Source: Candidatus Latescibacterota bacterium (GTDB lineage: Bacteria; Latescibacterota; UBA2968). From it: DNA of 64,000 nucleotides. The notes beneath the pieces were generated by a model. The model did no database searches and was not told the origin of the DNA. It saw only the letters and a list, made by a program, of their open reading frames with translations. The stretch is taken from contig OZ242320.1 in assembly GCA_965208125.1 (NCBI GenBank), positions 2,144,001-2,208,000 on the forward strand. Reading direction: 5' to 3'. Positions within the stretch are counted from its first letter, which is position 1. Every line of letters begins with the position of its first letter. Shown piece by piece: positions 19,721 through 28,774 of the stretch. A program made the translations under genes and the position numbers.

Positions 19721-20674
19721 ATGTCCAAATTTATCTGTTTTCTGTTCGTTGTTTTGCTGTTTCAATCTGTTGATGCGCAACAACCACAACAGCCACAACA
19801 AAACCAACGCCGGCAAAACACAATCACCGTGGAGCGAATTATGGAACAGGTACCCGAAGGTGTGACTTTTATTCCCGATATTGCTTACCGCGAGGGCAAC
19901 GAGGCCTGGAAACTCGATCTCGCTATGCCGACAGAGCGCGGCGAGTCTCCCCGTCCAGCCCTTGTTTTTATCCACGGGGGGGGATGGAGAGGTGGGGATA
20001 AACGCCGGGGAGGTTTTCTTCGTCCTACTATCAGCTATGCCGCTAAGGGCTATGTTTGTGTGACGGTCAACTATCGGATGCTTGATGAAGCGCCTATTAC
20101 CGCGTGTGTTGAGGATGTGAAGAATGCGGTGCGCTGGCTGCGCGCCCATGCCGAGGAGTACAATATTGATCCGGAACGAATTGGCGCGAGTGGAAATTCC
20201 GCTGGCGCGCATCTGGCTGTTATGCTGGGTGTTTGTCCTCCTTCAGCCGGTCTGGAAGGCGATGGGCCTTACCAGGAGTATTCCAGTATGGTTCAGGCTG
20301 TTGTCGCGAGTGCTACACCTACCGACTTCCTGTCTGTTATGGGTGACCGCCAACGCAATCAGCAGCGAGCACGTCCTCCTCGCAAAAACGAGCTTAGACT
20401 GGAGTCCGAAGAGGTTCGCGCCAAAGCCTCTCCTGTGACTTATGCCTCGGCCGATGCGCCACCTATTTTGCTCATTCATGCAATATCTGATCGCACGGTT
20501 GGTGTCTATCATTCGGATAAGTTGGTCAGCGCGCTGCGAGAAGCCGGTGCCAAGAATGTCAGTTATATTCTCTTGGGCGACGAGAGTGGACACGGTGCTT
20601 TTCAGCGCAATATTGCGTTTACCGAGCCTGCCCGTGAAGCGTTTTTTAATCGTGTGTTGAAACCAGGAGAATAA
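19721..20674 (+). CDS. Secreted alpha/beta hydrolase (HSL-like esterase)
   Basis: Signal peptide; HGGGW; GNSAG; D and H of the triad; GGAGG RBS. Confidence 0.88.
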   Translation: MSKFICFLFVVLLFQSVDAQQPQQPQQNQRRQNTITVERIMEQVPEGVTFIPDIAYREGNEAWKLDLAMPTERGESPRPALVFIHGGGWRGGDKRRGGFLRPTISYAAKGYVCVTVNYRMLDEAPITACVEDVKNAVRWLRAHAEEYNIDPERIGASGNSAGAHLAVMLGVCPPSAGLEGDGPYQEYSSMVQAVVASATPTDFLSVMGDRQRNQQRARPPRKNELRLESEEVRAKASPVTYASADAPPILLIHAISDRTVGVYHSDKLVSALREAGAKNVSYILLGDESGHGAFQRNIAFTEPAREAFFNRVLKPGE

Positions 20675-20675
20675 G

Positions 20676-21992
20676 ATGAAGTCTCTTTCCGAACTTGAAG
20701 AGCGGGTGGCTGGTGCTCAGCCGGGTAATGTTATTACGCTGGCCGATGGCGTGTATGATGGTGAAAGGTGCAAGCTCGCGGCGAGGGGGACTGCGGATCA
20801 GCCGATTGTTATCCGGGCGGAGAATATGGGGCGGGCGGTTATAAAGGCGCCGTTGTTGTTGGTGGGGGATTATATCAATCTTGTGGGGTTTCACTTTGTG
20901 GCGAAGGGGAGTGTGGAGATTCGGGGACGGGGTTGTCGCATAAGTCGTTGTGTGATGACGGATGTTCAGGTTGGCAAGTGGATACGGGTGAGGGCAGAGA
21001 GCCGGGAGGTTGAGATTGATCGCTGTCGGTTTGAGAATAAGACCAATAATCTCGAGGAGACGCGCGGCTGTCAGTTGATGCAGATTTACGTTCGGAATCA
21101 GGGCGAGAGGCACCGTGTTCATCACAATTTTTTTGTGGATGTTCCGGATGGCAAGGAGAGCAATGGGTACGAGACGCTTCAGCTTATTACAGAGGGGAAT
21201 CCGTACGATCCGGAGCCGGGCGATTGTGAGACGGTGATTGAGTACAATCTTTTTGAGCGTTGTAGTGGGGAGGCGGAGATTATTTCTGTGAAGTCCAATG
21301 GCAATATTCTCCGCAGAAATACGTTTCGCGATTGCCGGGGGGCGCTGGTGCTTCGGCATGGGGATGGCAATGTGGTGTCTGAGAATTTCTTTTTTGGCGA
21401 GGGCGAACGCCGAGCGGGCGGTGTGCGCTTGCAGGGGACAGATCAGGTTGTTGTGAATAATTTGTTCCACTCGCTCAATGCGTTTGGCGTGGGTATGATG
21501 GATGGGGCATCGGATGATCTCTATGTGCGGGTGGAGCGTGCGCTGGTTGCGTTTAATACGTTTGTGGGATGTAGCCCGGCGATGGTTGTGGGGCTAAATC
21601 ACAGCAGGTATCCCAATGGTACGGCGCCTGAAGATTGCGTGATTGCGAATAATGCTTTTGTGAGATCCGATGGGACTGTGCGGCTGGTGCAGGACGATGA
21701 GCCAGTGGATTGGACATGGGAAGGGAATGTGACGGATGGGGATTTGGGTATGCCCGCTCGGGATGGGATAAAAACTGGGCGGGTCGATGTGGCGTATCTG
21801 CCCAATGGGGTTGTTGCGCCAGCAGAGTCCAGTGGTCTGATTGGTAATGCGGAGGGGCGTTATCCAGAGATTACGACAGATGTTCTGGGGCATTCACGAG
21901 GCGAGCGAAAGACGATTGGTTGCGTTGAGTTTCCAACGGGGATGGAGGACGGGGGTCCTTTAACCGCGGCAGATGTGGGGCCTGGGTGGTAG
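20676..21992 (+). CDS. Polysaccharide lyase family 6 (chondroitinase B / alginate lyase)
   Basis: NGYETLQ, GEAEIISVKS, LRHGDGN and GGVR beta-helix motifs. Confidence 0.85.
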   Translation: MKSLSELEERVAGAQPGNVITLADGVYDGERCKLAARGTADQPIVIRAENMGRAVIKAPLLLVGDYINLVGFHFVAKGSVEIRGRGCRISRCVMTDVQVGKWIRVRAESREVEIDRCRFENKTNNLEETRGCQLMQIYVRNQGERHRVHHNFFVDVPDGKESNGYETLQLITEGNPYDPEPGDCETVIEYNLFERCSGEAEIISVKSNGNILRRNTFRDCRGALVLRHGDGNVVSENFFFGEGERRAGGVRLQGTDQVVVNNLFHSLNAFGVGMMDGASDDLYVRVERALVAFNTFVGCSPAMVVGLNHSRYPNGTAPEDCVIANNAFVRSDGTVRLVQDDEPVDWTWEGNVTDGDLGMPARDGIKTGRVDVAYLPNGVVAPAESSGLIGNAEGRYPEITTDVLGHSRGERKTIGCVEFPTGMEDGGPLTAADVGPGW

Positions 21993-21997
21993 GGATG

Positions 21998-22300
21998 TTA
22001 ATCAATAGAGACGACGAGGTTCAAATTTTCTTTTCGCAACATATCTTGTAGTGCAAGTTGAACCCAAAAGCTTTCTGGCTCGCCGAGTTGTCTGGCAATT
22101 TTGGCTGCTCTGCTGGGGCTTGGGATTCTTCTTTCTTTTTCTATATCACAAAGACTTTGAGGCGAAATGCCCAAAAAATCAGCAAATGCTCTCTGGCTCT
22201 TTTCTTCTCCTGTTCGATAGCTGGCCAAGGCATTTCCAAATGTGAGACATCCAAAGTCTCTCTCCAGTTCAGAAGTTCCGTATTGTGCTTTAGTAATCAT
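21998..22300 (-). CDS. XRE/HigA-like HTH antitoxin
   Basis: LTFGNAL...SQRAFADFLGISPQSLCDIEKERR; GAGGAG RBS. Confidence 0.8.
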   Translation of the reverse strand: MITKAQYGTSELERDFGCLTFGNALASYRTGEEKSQRAFADFLGISPQSLCDIEKERRIPSPSRAAKIARQLGEPESFWVQLALQDMLRKENLNLVVSID

Positions 22301-22327
22301 GTTTATTGATCTCCTCAATTCCCAAAT

Positions 22328-22348
22328 CATACGTCAAAATGACGTATG
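22328..22348. promoter_or_regulatory. Perfect palindrome, probable HigA-like operator
   Basis: catacgtca-aaa-tgacgtatg just upstream of the HTH gene. Confidence 0.6.
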
Positions 22349-22371
22349 CATCAAGTTCAACCTGCCTTGAT

Positions 22372-22415
22372 ATGTTTTGAAATGCGGTTGACAATATCGC
22401 GGTTGTTGCTACATT
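22372..22415 (+). repeat. Promoter-like direct repeat, copy 1
   Basis: atgttttgaaatgcggTTGACAatatcgcggttgttgcTACATT. Confidence 0.85.
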
Positions 22416-22474
22416 TTTTGGCGGTCAGAAATCGTTTTTATACTGAATAGTATGGATATAGTAGGAGATAGCGC

Positions 22475-22687
22475 GTGGAAAAATTATCACGGATTACTTT
22501 CGATCCCGAGGTCATGGGTGGCAAGGCATGTATTCGGGGACTGCGGGTGACGGTTGGAACTGTCGTGGGGCTTCTGGCAGCCAGTCGGTCACATGAGGAA
22601 ATATTAAAAGCCTATCCTTATCTTGAACCAGAAGATATCGATCAAGCTCTGGCTTATGCGCGGGGCGAAGAAATACTTTCGAGATGA
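22475..22687 (+). CDS. DUF433 antitoxin-like protein
   Basis: RITFDPEVMGGKACIRGLRVTV...AYPYLEPEDI; GTG start after AGGAG. Confidence 0.85.
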   Translation: MEKLSRITFDPEVMGGKACIRGLRVTVGTVVGLLAASRSHEEILKAYPYLEPEDIDQALAYARGEEILSR

Positions 22688-22707
22688 GCGGGCTAAGGAG
22701 TCAAGCC

Positions 22708-22935
22708 ATGGTGTGCGATATATGTGGGAAGGCGGGGGTGCGCCAGCGTTACGTTTCACGTAGTTATGGGAAAGGCGCATCTCTTCTTGTTATCGAAGGT
22801 GTGCCTGTGATGCGTTGTCCCCATTGTGGCGAGAGCTATTTGACAGCACAAACCCTGCATGAAGTTGAGCGCATTAAGCGCGAGCGAGAAGGCATTGCGA
22901 CTAAACGCACCGTAGCGGTTGCTGCATTTGTATAA
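22708..22935 (+). CDS. YgiT-type zinc finger (MqsA-like antitoxin)
   Basis: CDIC...IEGVPVMRCPHCGESY; AAGGAG RBS. Confidence 0.85.
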   Translation: MVCDICGKAGVRQRYVSRSYGKGASLLVIEGVPVMRCPHCGESYLTAQTLHEVERIKREREGIATKRTVAVAAFV

Positions 22936-23047
22936 TTCGCAGTGAGCTACATTTCAACCTCTGGTAAGCACTGAGGTATGTTTTAAAATGTGAAGAATAC
23001 AAGCGTCAGTCCATCGCACCAACCTATTCTGGACTTGACCCGTTTTG

Positions 23048-23155
23048 GATGCTGTTGCCGAATTGGTCGAGAAGGATCTGTGGTTGTAAAAACGGCTGTT
23101 TGTAGCCTGAATACAAGCTCTTTATGGACAGAATTCGGAATTCGGCAACAGCATC
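23048..23155. mobile_element. 108-bp MITE nested in the IS3 left end
   Basis: Perfect 17-bp TIRs gatgctgttgccgaatt / aattcggcaacagcatc. Target duplication gttttg (or 8-bp cgttttgg if the ends are trimmed by 1 bp). Confidence 0.88.
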
Positions 23156-23198
23156 GTTTTGGTGGGTACCTTATCAGTAATCAGAAAGGAGCCCCACT

Positions 23199-23510
23199 AT
23201 GCCCCCAACACGTCCACCTTATCCAGCCGAGTTGAAGCGCCAAATCATCGAGCTTGTGCGCGCTGGCCGCTCTCCAGCCGAGTTGGCCAGAGAGTTCGAG
23301 CCAACCGCTCAGACGATCCAAAACTGGATTCGCCAAGCTGATCGAGATGAGGGACTTCGAGAAGACGGCCTGACCAGTGATGAACGAGAAGAGTTGCGTC
23401 GTCTTCGACGCGAGAACAAGCAGTTGCGCATCGAGCGCGAGATACTCTCAAAAGCAGCGGCCTGGTTCGCAGCGGAGACCGACGCGATCCCCAGCAAATC
23501 TTCGCGTTAA
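23199..23510 (+). CDS. IS3 transposase OrfA
   Basis: YPAELKRQIIELVRAGRS...ELRRLRRENKQLRIEREILSKAAAWFA. Confidence 0.9.
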   Translation: MPPTRPPYPAELKRQIIELVRAGRSPAELAREFEPTAQTIQNWIRQADRDEGLREDGLTSDEREELRRLRRENKQLRIEREILSKAAAWFAAETDAIPSKSSR

Positions 23511-24359
23511 TAAAAGCGCATCAGGCACTTTGGCCTATCGCCACGCAATGCCGAGTCCTGGGTGTCTCCCTCAGTGGGTATTATGCTTGGCGAGCACGTC
23601 CACCCTCTAAACGAGCAAAGGTTGATGTGGACCTGAAGAAGCATATCAAAGCCTTTCATACCCGATCAGATGGTACTTATGGTGCCCCTCGCATCTTTAA
23701 AGACCTGATGGATGTGGGCATCCTTGTAGGCAAGAAGCGCGTAGCACGCCTGATGCGTGAGATGGGCATTTGTGGCATCAGCCGCAGAAAGAGCACGCAA
23801 ACGACTCGTAAGGCGCAACAGTCTGATAAGGCTCCCGATCTGGTAAAGCGAGACTTTAATGTGCCAACGATCAATAAACTCTGGGTGGCTGACATCACCT
23901 ATGTACCTACCTGGTCTGGCTTCTTGTATCGAACGTGTTGTCATGGATGCCTTCTCTGGCCGCGTCGTGGGTTGGGCAATGGCGAGCCACTTGCAAAGTG
24001 AGTTAGTCTTATCGGCTTTAAATATGGCCCTTTACCAGCGTCGCCCACAAAGTGTGATCCACCATTCTGATCAGGGAGCGCAATATACCTCGATAGCATT
24101 TGGAAAGCGTTGCCGTGAAGCTGGCGTGCGTCCCTCAATGGGGGCTGCTGGCGACTGCTATGACAACGCCTTATGCGAGAGCTTCTTCGCCACCTTGGAG
24201 TGTGAACTGATCAATCGCCGGTCCTTCCGTACGCACAAGGAAGCGCGGTTAGCTATCTTCTCCTACATTGAAGGATGGTATAATCCGCATCGCAGGCATT
24301 CTTCCATTGCCTACCATGCCCCGATAGCTTATGAAAAACTGCATCTATCACAGGCTTGA
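23497..24359 (+). pseudogene. IS3 transposase OrfB (DDE) with a frameshift near 23930
   Basis: YGAPRI and WVADITY in one frame; VVMDAFS, HHSDQGAQY and DNALCESFF in another. Confidence 0.85.
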
Positions 24360-24400
24360 TACACAAGCCCTAAACTCTCCACCGAAGCGGGGTAACTCCA

Positions 24401-24600
24401 CTTCTTGGAGCCTCGCTGTCTCGTCTCGAATATTTTGGTTTTTCAACAAAAGGTCGGCTTCTGTTTTTTTCAGCCCCTGTACCTCTTTATCAAATCGCGC
24501 TACTTCGGATTCAATATCGATAATTGGCTGATATTTTTTCAGATCTTTTTTGGCTGCCAAAAGTGCCTTCAAAATCAGAACGCACAAATAATCAAATCTT
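24401..24600 (-). pseudogene. Coiled-coil gene fragment truncated by IS3 (possibly DUF4041-like N-terminus)
   Basis: KKYQPIIDIESEVARFDKEV...RLQE runs into the IRR; family assignment tentative. Confidence 0.35.
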
Positions 24601-24629
24601 TTCCGGGAGTTTCCATATTACGCGCCGGA

Positions 24630-24658
24630 ATGTTTTGAAATGCGGTTGACAATATCGC
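24630..24658 (+). repeat. Promoter-like direct repeat, copy 2
   Basis: 29 bp identical to 22372-22400. Confidence 0.85.
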
Positions 24659-25082
24659 CTCGTTGTGACACCTTTTGTTTTTTGGTGTAATAGATGTTGC
24701 GCAGTACTTCAGATAAGGCATTACAAAACGCACTCTCATAAAGTGCTATCAATTAAAGCCATTATGCACAGCGCGTGAGTCCGTCTCGCAGCGGATGTCC
24801 TTGTGGTACCCCAACAGTGAAGGCCATTGTATAGCGTATTATCACAGAAACGATTTGTGCTGTGCCAGCCCCTCGGCGTTTGAGAGCGGCATTTTTTGCC
24901 TACTTTTTGTTGCTGATGACAAAAAGTAGGTCGCCGAAGGCAGAACAAAGATAAAAGAGGTGGAATTATCACTAACGCTTTCGACAAGATTCCCAATCTT
25001 TTCACAAGCGTGCGTAACGTTATGATCAGGTACAATGCTCTGATGTGTATGTGCTGGCTCTCACCCGTACAAAGGCAATATC

Positions 25083-25673
25083 ATGACGACGGTTTTTATT
25101 GGTGGTTCTCGTGGCATCACACGCTTGAACGACACCATCAGGTACACAGCGGATAACATCATGCGTCAGCGTTTTGCTATTGTCATCGGCGATGCAAATG
25201 GTGCTGATAAGGCGGTACAGAGCTATTTCGCAGAAAAAGCATATCGGGATGTTATCGTCTATTGTATGGGTGACCACTGTCGGAACAATGTGGGAAGTTG
25301 GCCAGTAGAACAGATATATGCAGATAATCATATAAAGGACTTTGCATACTACACAACGAAGGATGCAAAGATGGCTCAAGTAGCGTCCTATGGCTTCATG
25401 ATCTGGGATGGAAAGAGCAAGGGAACCCTGAACAATATTCTCAACTTATTGCAGCTACAGAAGAAGATCCTGGTCTATTTTTCACCCGATAAATCTTGTT
25501 ATAAGCTCAAATCATCCAAAGATCTTACTGCACTCTTAAAAAAGTGCAGCATCGATATGAGAGAAATGTTCAAACTTCGGAACTTGCGAAACAGGAAGCA
25601 TGTGATTAAAGGCGATCCCGAGGATCTGGTTCATATCACCTGGGACAAGGCGGTGAATATTGATCTACCTTGA
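25083..25673 (+). CDS. SLOG-superfamily protein with a foreign, antitoxin-like C-terminal tail
   Basis: FIGGSR, GDANGAD, WDGKSKGT; tail VIKGDPEDLVHITW. Confidence 0.7.
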   Translation: MTTVFIGGSRGITRLNDTIRYTADNIMRQRFAIVIGDANGADKAVQSYFAEKAYRDVIVYCMGDHCRNNVGSWPVEQIYADNHIKDFAYYTTKDAKMAQVASYGFMIWDGKSKGTLNNILNLLQLQKKILVYFSPDKSCYKLKSSKDLTALLKKCSIDMREMFKLRNLRNRKHVIKGDPEDLVHITWDKAVNIDLP

Positions 25674-25695
25674 TGTTTTGAAATGCGGTTGACAA
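25673..25695 (+). repeat. Promoter-like direct repeat, copy 3
   Basis: atgttttgaaatgcggttgacaa, 23 bp identical, abutting the stop codon. Confidence 0.85.
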
Positions 25696-25737
25696 AAGCG
25701 TATGTGTTAAATTATTGACACGTACGCTTTTTTTTTA
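25694..25737 (+). terminator. Terminator-like hairpin
   Basis: aaaagcgtatgtgttaa-atta-ttgacacgtacgctttt followed by a T run. Confidence 0.6.
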
Positions 25738-25777
25738 AGTTGCGCATCCCTGAAATAAATATCCTCAACAACCGAAT

Positions 25778-25809
25778 TGCGGTTGACAATCTCGCTTTGT
25801 TGCTACATT
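25778..25809 (+). promoter_or_regulatory. Promoter-like repeat, copy 4; likely native promoter of the dehydratase operon
   Basis: tgcggTTGACAatctcgctttgttgcTACATT, matching the right half of copy 1. Confidence 0.7.
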
Positions 25810-25853
25810 GTTTGTTTTTGAGGATTATTCAAATACCAGACAAAGGACAACAC

Positions 25854-27062
25854 ATGAAAATCAAATCCGTCGAAGTCGTTCGCGTTGAACGGCCAGATGC
25901 AAGCCAGGTCTCAACGGGTTCTGGTACGACGCTGGCTGCTTCAACAGGTGCAGCTCCGAGGACAAAAGGGTATCGAAAGGCGTGGCCCTCGCAGATAGAG
26001 GTAGCAAACCCGATGTCTAAGTTCCCGCGGTTTAAGGCGCGGCGGCAGCTTTACGGTGCCAGACAGTGGCCCAGGTTCTCGGTTAAGGTGACTGCTGAAG
26101 ATGGGACATGGGGCCTCGGCACATCGGCGGGGCGCCCGGTTGCTATGGTGGTGGAAGATGCTTTCGCGCATATACTGGAAGGCGAGAGTTGTCTGGCAAT
26201 TGAAAAGTTGTGGGATATGATGTTTCGCGTGTCCAAATCTTTTGGGACTGTGGGGATTGCCTCGTTGGCGATTAGTGCTGTGGATCTGGCGCTTTGGGAT
26301 CTGGCGGGGAAATTGCAGGGCAAGCCCGTTTATGAGCTTCTGGGCGGTCCGGCGCGCGATCGTTTGTTTGTGTATGCGACGGGGGATGATGTGGATTGGT
26401 ACAAGGAGTTGGGGTTTCGGGCGTTTAAGTTGCCCTGTCAATACGGGCCGGTTGATGGGTTGTGGGGATTGGGGGAGAACGAGAGGCGAATAGCCGAGGT
26501 CCGCGAGTTGATCGGCGATGATTGCGATCTCATGCTCGATTGTTATATGGCTTTTGATGTGGAATATACCGCGCGTCTGGCCAATCGCCTGCGTCCTTAT
26601 AATCTGCGCTGGATGGAAGAGTGCCTGATTCCAGAAGATGTTGGGGGGCATATTGAACTCAAGAAACGCCTGCCGTGGTTGACGCTTGCCAGTGGCGAGC
26701 ATTTTTACACGCCGTATCCCTATCAGTTGATGATCGAAAATCGGTGTCTCGATATCCTCCAGCCCGATATTCAGTGGGTGGGGGGTTTGACTGCTTGTGT
26801 CAAAATTTGTAATATGGCTGCGGCGGCGGGTCTGGAGGTTTGTTTGCACGGTGGGGGACGCGATGCGTACGGTCAGCATTTGAGCTGGGCAATGCCCAAT
26901 ACGCCCTGGTGTGAGTATTTTATCGGTTCAGATCCGGGGGTACCGCTTGTAGAAGTGGCGCAACCCGGCGCGCGCGTGCCGCGCGATAGCTATCTGGAGT
27001 TTGCGCCGAGTGGTCCGGGTTTTGATCTGGGGATTGAAGAGGATTGGTTGGTGCCGTTTTAA
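25854..27062 (+). CDS. Mandelate racemase/enolase-superfamily dehydratase (L-rhamnonate dehydratase-like)
   Basis: [35 protein letters not shown]. Confidence 0.88.
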   Translation: MKIKSVEVVRVERPDASQVSTGSGTTLAASTGAAPRTKGYRKAWPSQIEVANPMSKFPRFKARRQLYGARQWPRFSVKVTAEDGTWGLGTSAGRPVAMVVEDAFAHILEGESCLAIEKLWDMMFRVSKSFGTVGIASLAISAVDLALWDLAGKLQGKPVYELLGGPARDRLFVYATGDDVDWYKELGFRAFKLPCQYGPVDGLWGLGENERRIAEVRELIGDDCDLMLDCYMAFDVEYTARLANRLRPYNLRWMEECLIPEDVGGHIELKKRLPWLTLASGEHFYTPYPYQLMIENRCLDILQPDIQWVGGLTACVKICNMAAAAGLEVCLHGGGRDAYGQHLSWAMPNTPWCEYFIGSDPGVPLVEVAQPGARVPRDSYLEFAPSGPGFDLGIEEDWLVPF

Positions 27063-27085
27063 TTTTAGAGGACAAGAGGAATAAA

Positions 27086-27919
27086 ATGGATAAGACAATT
27101 ATTTCAGTGGCGGTTGTGGGTTCGGGTCCTACGAAGGATATGAATCCGGCTGTGCCTTATACGCCAAAGGAGATTGCAGAGGCAGCGATTGAATGCCATA
27201 AGGCGGGTGCGGCTATTACGCATATCCATGTGCGCGATCCCGAGACGGGTATTGTGTGTTCGCGGCTTGAGCTTTTTAAGGAGGTGGTGGATCGGATTCG
27301 GCAAGCTTGCGATATTGCCATTAATCTGACGACGAGTGGGGGAAATATTAAAGGGGAGAATATTATTGAAGAGCGGCTTGAGCCGGTTACGCTAAAACCT
27401 GAGATTTGCTCTCTGGATATCGGTTCGTTGAATTTTGGCACTCGGGTGTTTATGAATCCACCGGAATGGGGTGTTGCCGCGGCAAAGCGCATGCGCGAGC
27501 ATCGCGTTAAGCCGGAGATCGAGGTTTTTGATGCTGGTCATGTCCGTCAGGCGCGGTATATGATTGAGGAGGGGTTGTTCGAAGATCCCCCGTTTATCCA
27601 GTTGTGTATGGGTCCCGGATGGGGTATTGAAGCCACACCCGAAAATCTGGTTTTTATGAAGCGTCTTTTGCCGCCCGATGTGATCTGGTCCGCTCTGGGT
27701 GTGGGAAAAGCACAGTTGCCGATGATTACTATGGCTTTTCTCATGGGTGGGCATATACGGGTGGGTTTTGAAGATAATATTTATCTTCGGAGAGGTGTTT
27801 TGCTCAAGAGCAATGCACAGATGGTCGATCACGCGGCGAGTATTGTGGAAAAACTTCAGGGCGAGATTGCCACGCCAAATGATGCCCGGGAGATGCTGGG
27901 GCTTACGTATCCGGGATGA
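27086..27919 (+). CDS. Beta-keto acid cleavage enzyme (Kce/BKACE, DUF849)
   Basis: [35 protein letters not shown]. Confidence 0.9.
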   Translation: MDKTIISVAVVGSGPTKDMNPAVPYTPKEIAEAAIECHKAGAAITHIHVRDPETGIVCSRLELFKEVVDRIRQACDIAINLTTSGGNIKGENIIEERLEPVTLKPEICSLDIGSLNFGTRVFMNPPEWGVAAAKRMREHRVKPEIEVFDAGHVRQARYMIEEGLFEDPPFIQLCMGPGWGIEATPENLVFMKRLLPPDVIWSALGVGKAQLPMITMAFLMGGHIRVGFEDNIYLRRGVLLKSNAQMVDHAASIVEKLQGEIATPNDAREMLGLTYPG

Positions 27920-28773
27920 GGGGTGAGATGGATATTCTGGCGAGTACAACTGAATATGACATTGATTGGCGGATGCTCAATATGAATGCCGAGTTGGTCG
28001 CATCCAGTTTGAGCCTCACGTTGCGGTCGGGTCTTCACATGCTGCGGCCCTACTGGCGATCCAATGTCAATGGCGGCGATGGTGTCGCGCCGATCAATCA
28101 TATTTTGAAATTTGAAACTTTTGGGCATCCCTGTTCTCTTCAGACAACACTGCGACAGGAATCTCAGATCCGTCTGGTTACAACGCGCAATGATGACGGA
28201 AGTCTCAAACGCGGGCATCTCGTTCTGACATGCAAACTTTTTAAGGCGGATGATCTGGTTGGTCGGTCGGAGTTCTGGCTGGCGCTCACGCGGCCGCTTG
28301 CACCGCCCGATGAACGCATGCCTTCCGATGTGCCGGAGGGGCTTAAATTTTTAAAGGAGTATGAATTAGGCGAAGGTGATTTGCTCAGCCGGGATATCGA
28401 ATCCTATCGCTGCGAGGGCAGTGGTGATATGCTGACTTATGACACGCAGCCGGTGGTTTTTCACATGGATCAGTCAGATCAGTATGGGCATATCAACACG
28501 GTTAAATACATGGACCGGGTGCTCGACCTCCTGTCGCTTCAATATCACAAAGTTGGAGGCGATGTCGGGCGCTTGCGGTTTCACGAAATTGTGATTTATT
28601 TTCGCAAGCCTTTTGTGCCCGGGCAAGTCGCAGAAGCAGAACTCGATTTTGTTCATCACGCAGACAGGTTTCACGGTGCGGTGCGTTTTTATCACTGCAA
28701 TGGTGATGGTACGCGCAGCGAGCGGATTTCTATGGCTATGGAAACGCGCGGTCCTCTGGTGGATGACCTGTGA
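27916..28773 (+). CDS. Acyl-ACP thioesterase-like double hotdog protein
   Basis: [12 protein letters not shown] in the C-terminal half; ATGA overlap with the kce-like gene. Confidence 0.6.
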   Translation: MRGEMDILASTTEYDIDWRMLNMNAELVASSLSLTLRSGLHMLRPYWRSNVNGGDGVAPINHILKFETFGHPCSLQTTLRQESQIRLVTTRNDDGSLKRGHLVLTCKLFKADDLVGRSEFWLALTRPLAPPDERMPSDVPEGLKFLKEYELGEGDLLSRDIESYRCEGSGDMLTYDTQPVVFHMDQSDQYGHINTVKYMDRVLDLLSLQYHKVGGDVGRLRFHEIVIYFRKPFVPGQVAEAELDFVHHADRFHGAVRFYHCNGDGTRSERISMAMETRGPLVDDL

Positions 28774-28774
28774 A

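Larger units (their letters stand above)
23030..24400 (+). mobile_element. IS3-family insertion sequence, inactivated
   Basis: TG...CA ends. IRL with the MITE removed is tggacttgacccgttttggtggg; IRR reverse complement is tggagttaccccgcttcggtgga. About 1257 bp without the MITE. Confidence 0.9.

Noticed and set aside
23020-24410. Target-site duplication of the IS3
   Set aside because: The flanks (tattc / cttct) are not a direct repeat; possibly lost by an adjacent deletion.
22372-25809. CRISPR array or classical integron
   Set aside because: Repeat spacing is 0.1-2.3 kb and contains genes; no cas or intI gene, and no RYYYAAC/GTTRRRY attC structure.
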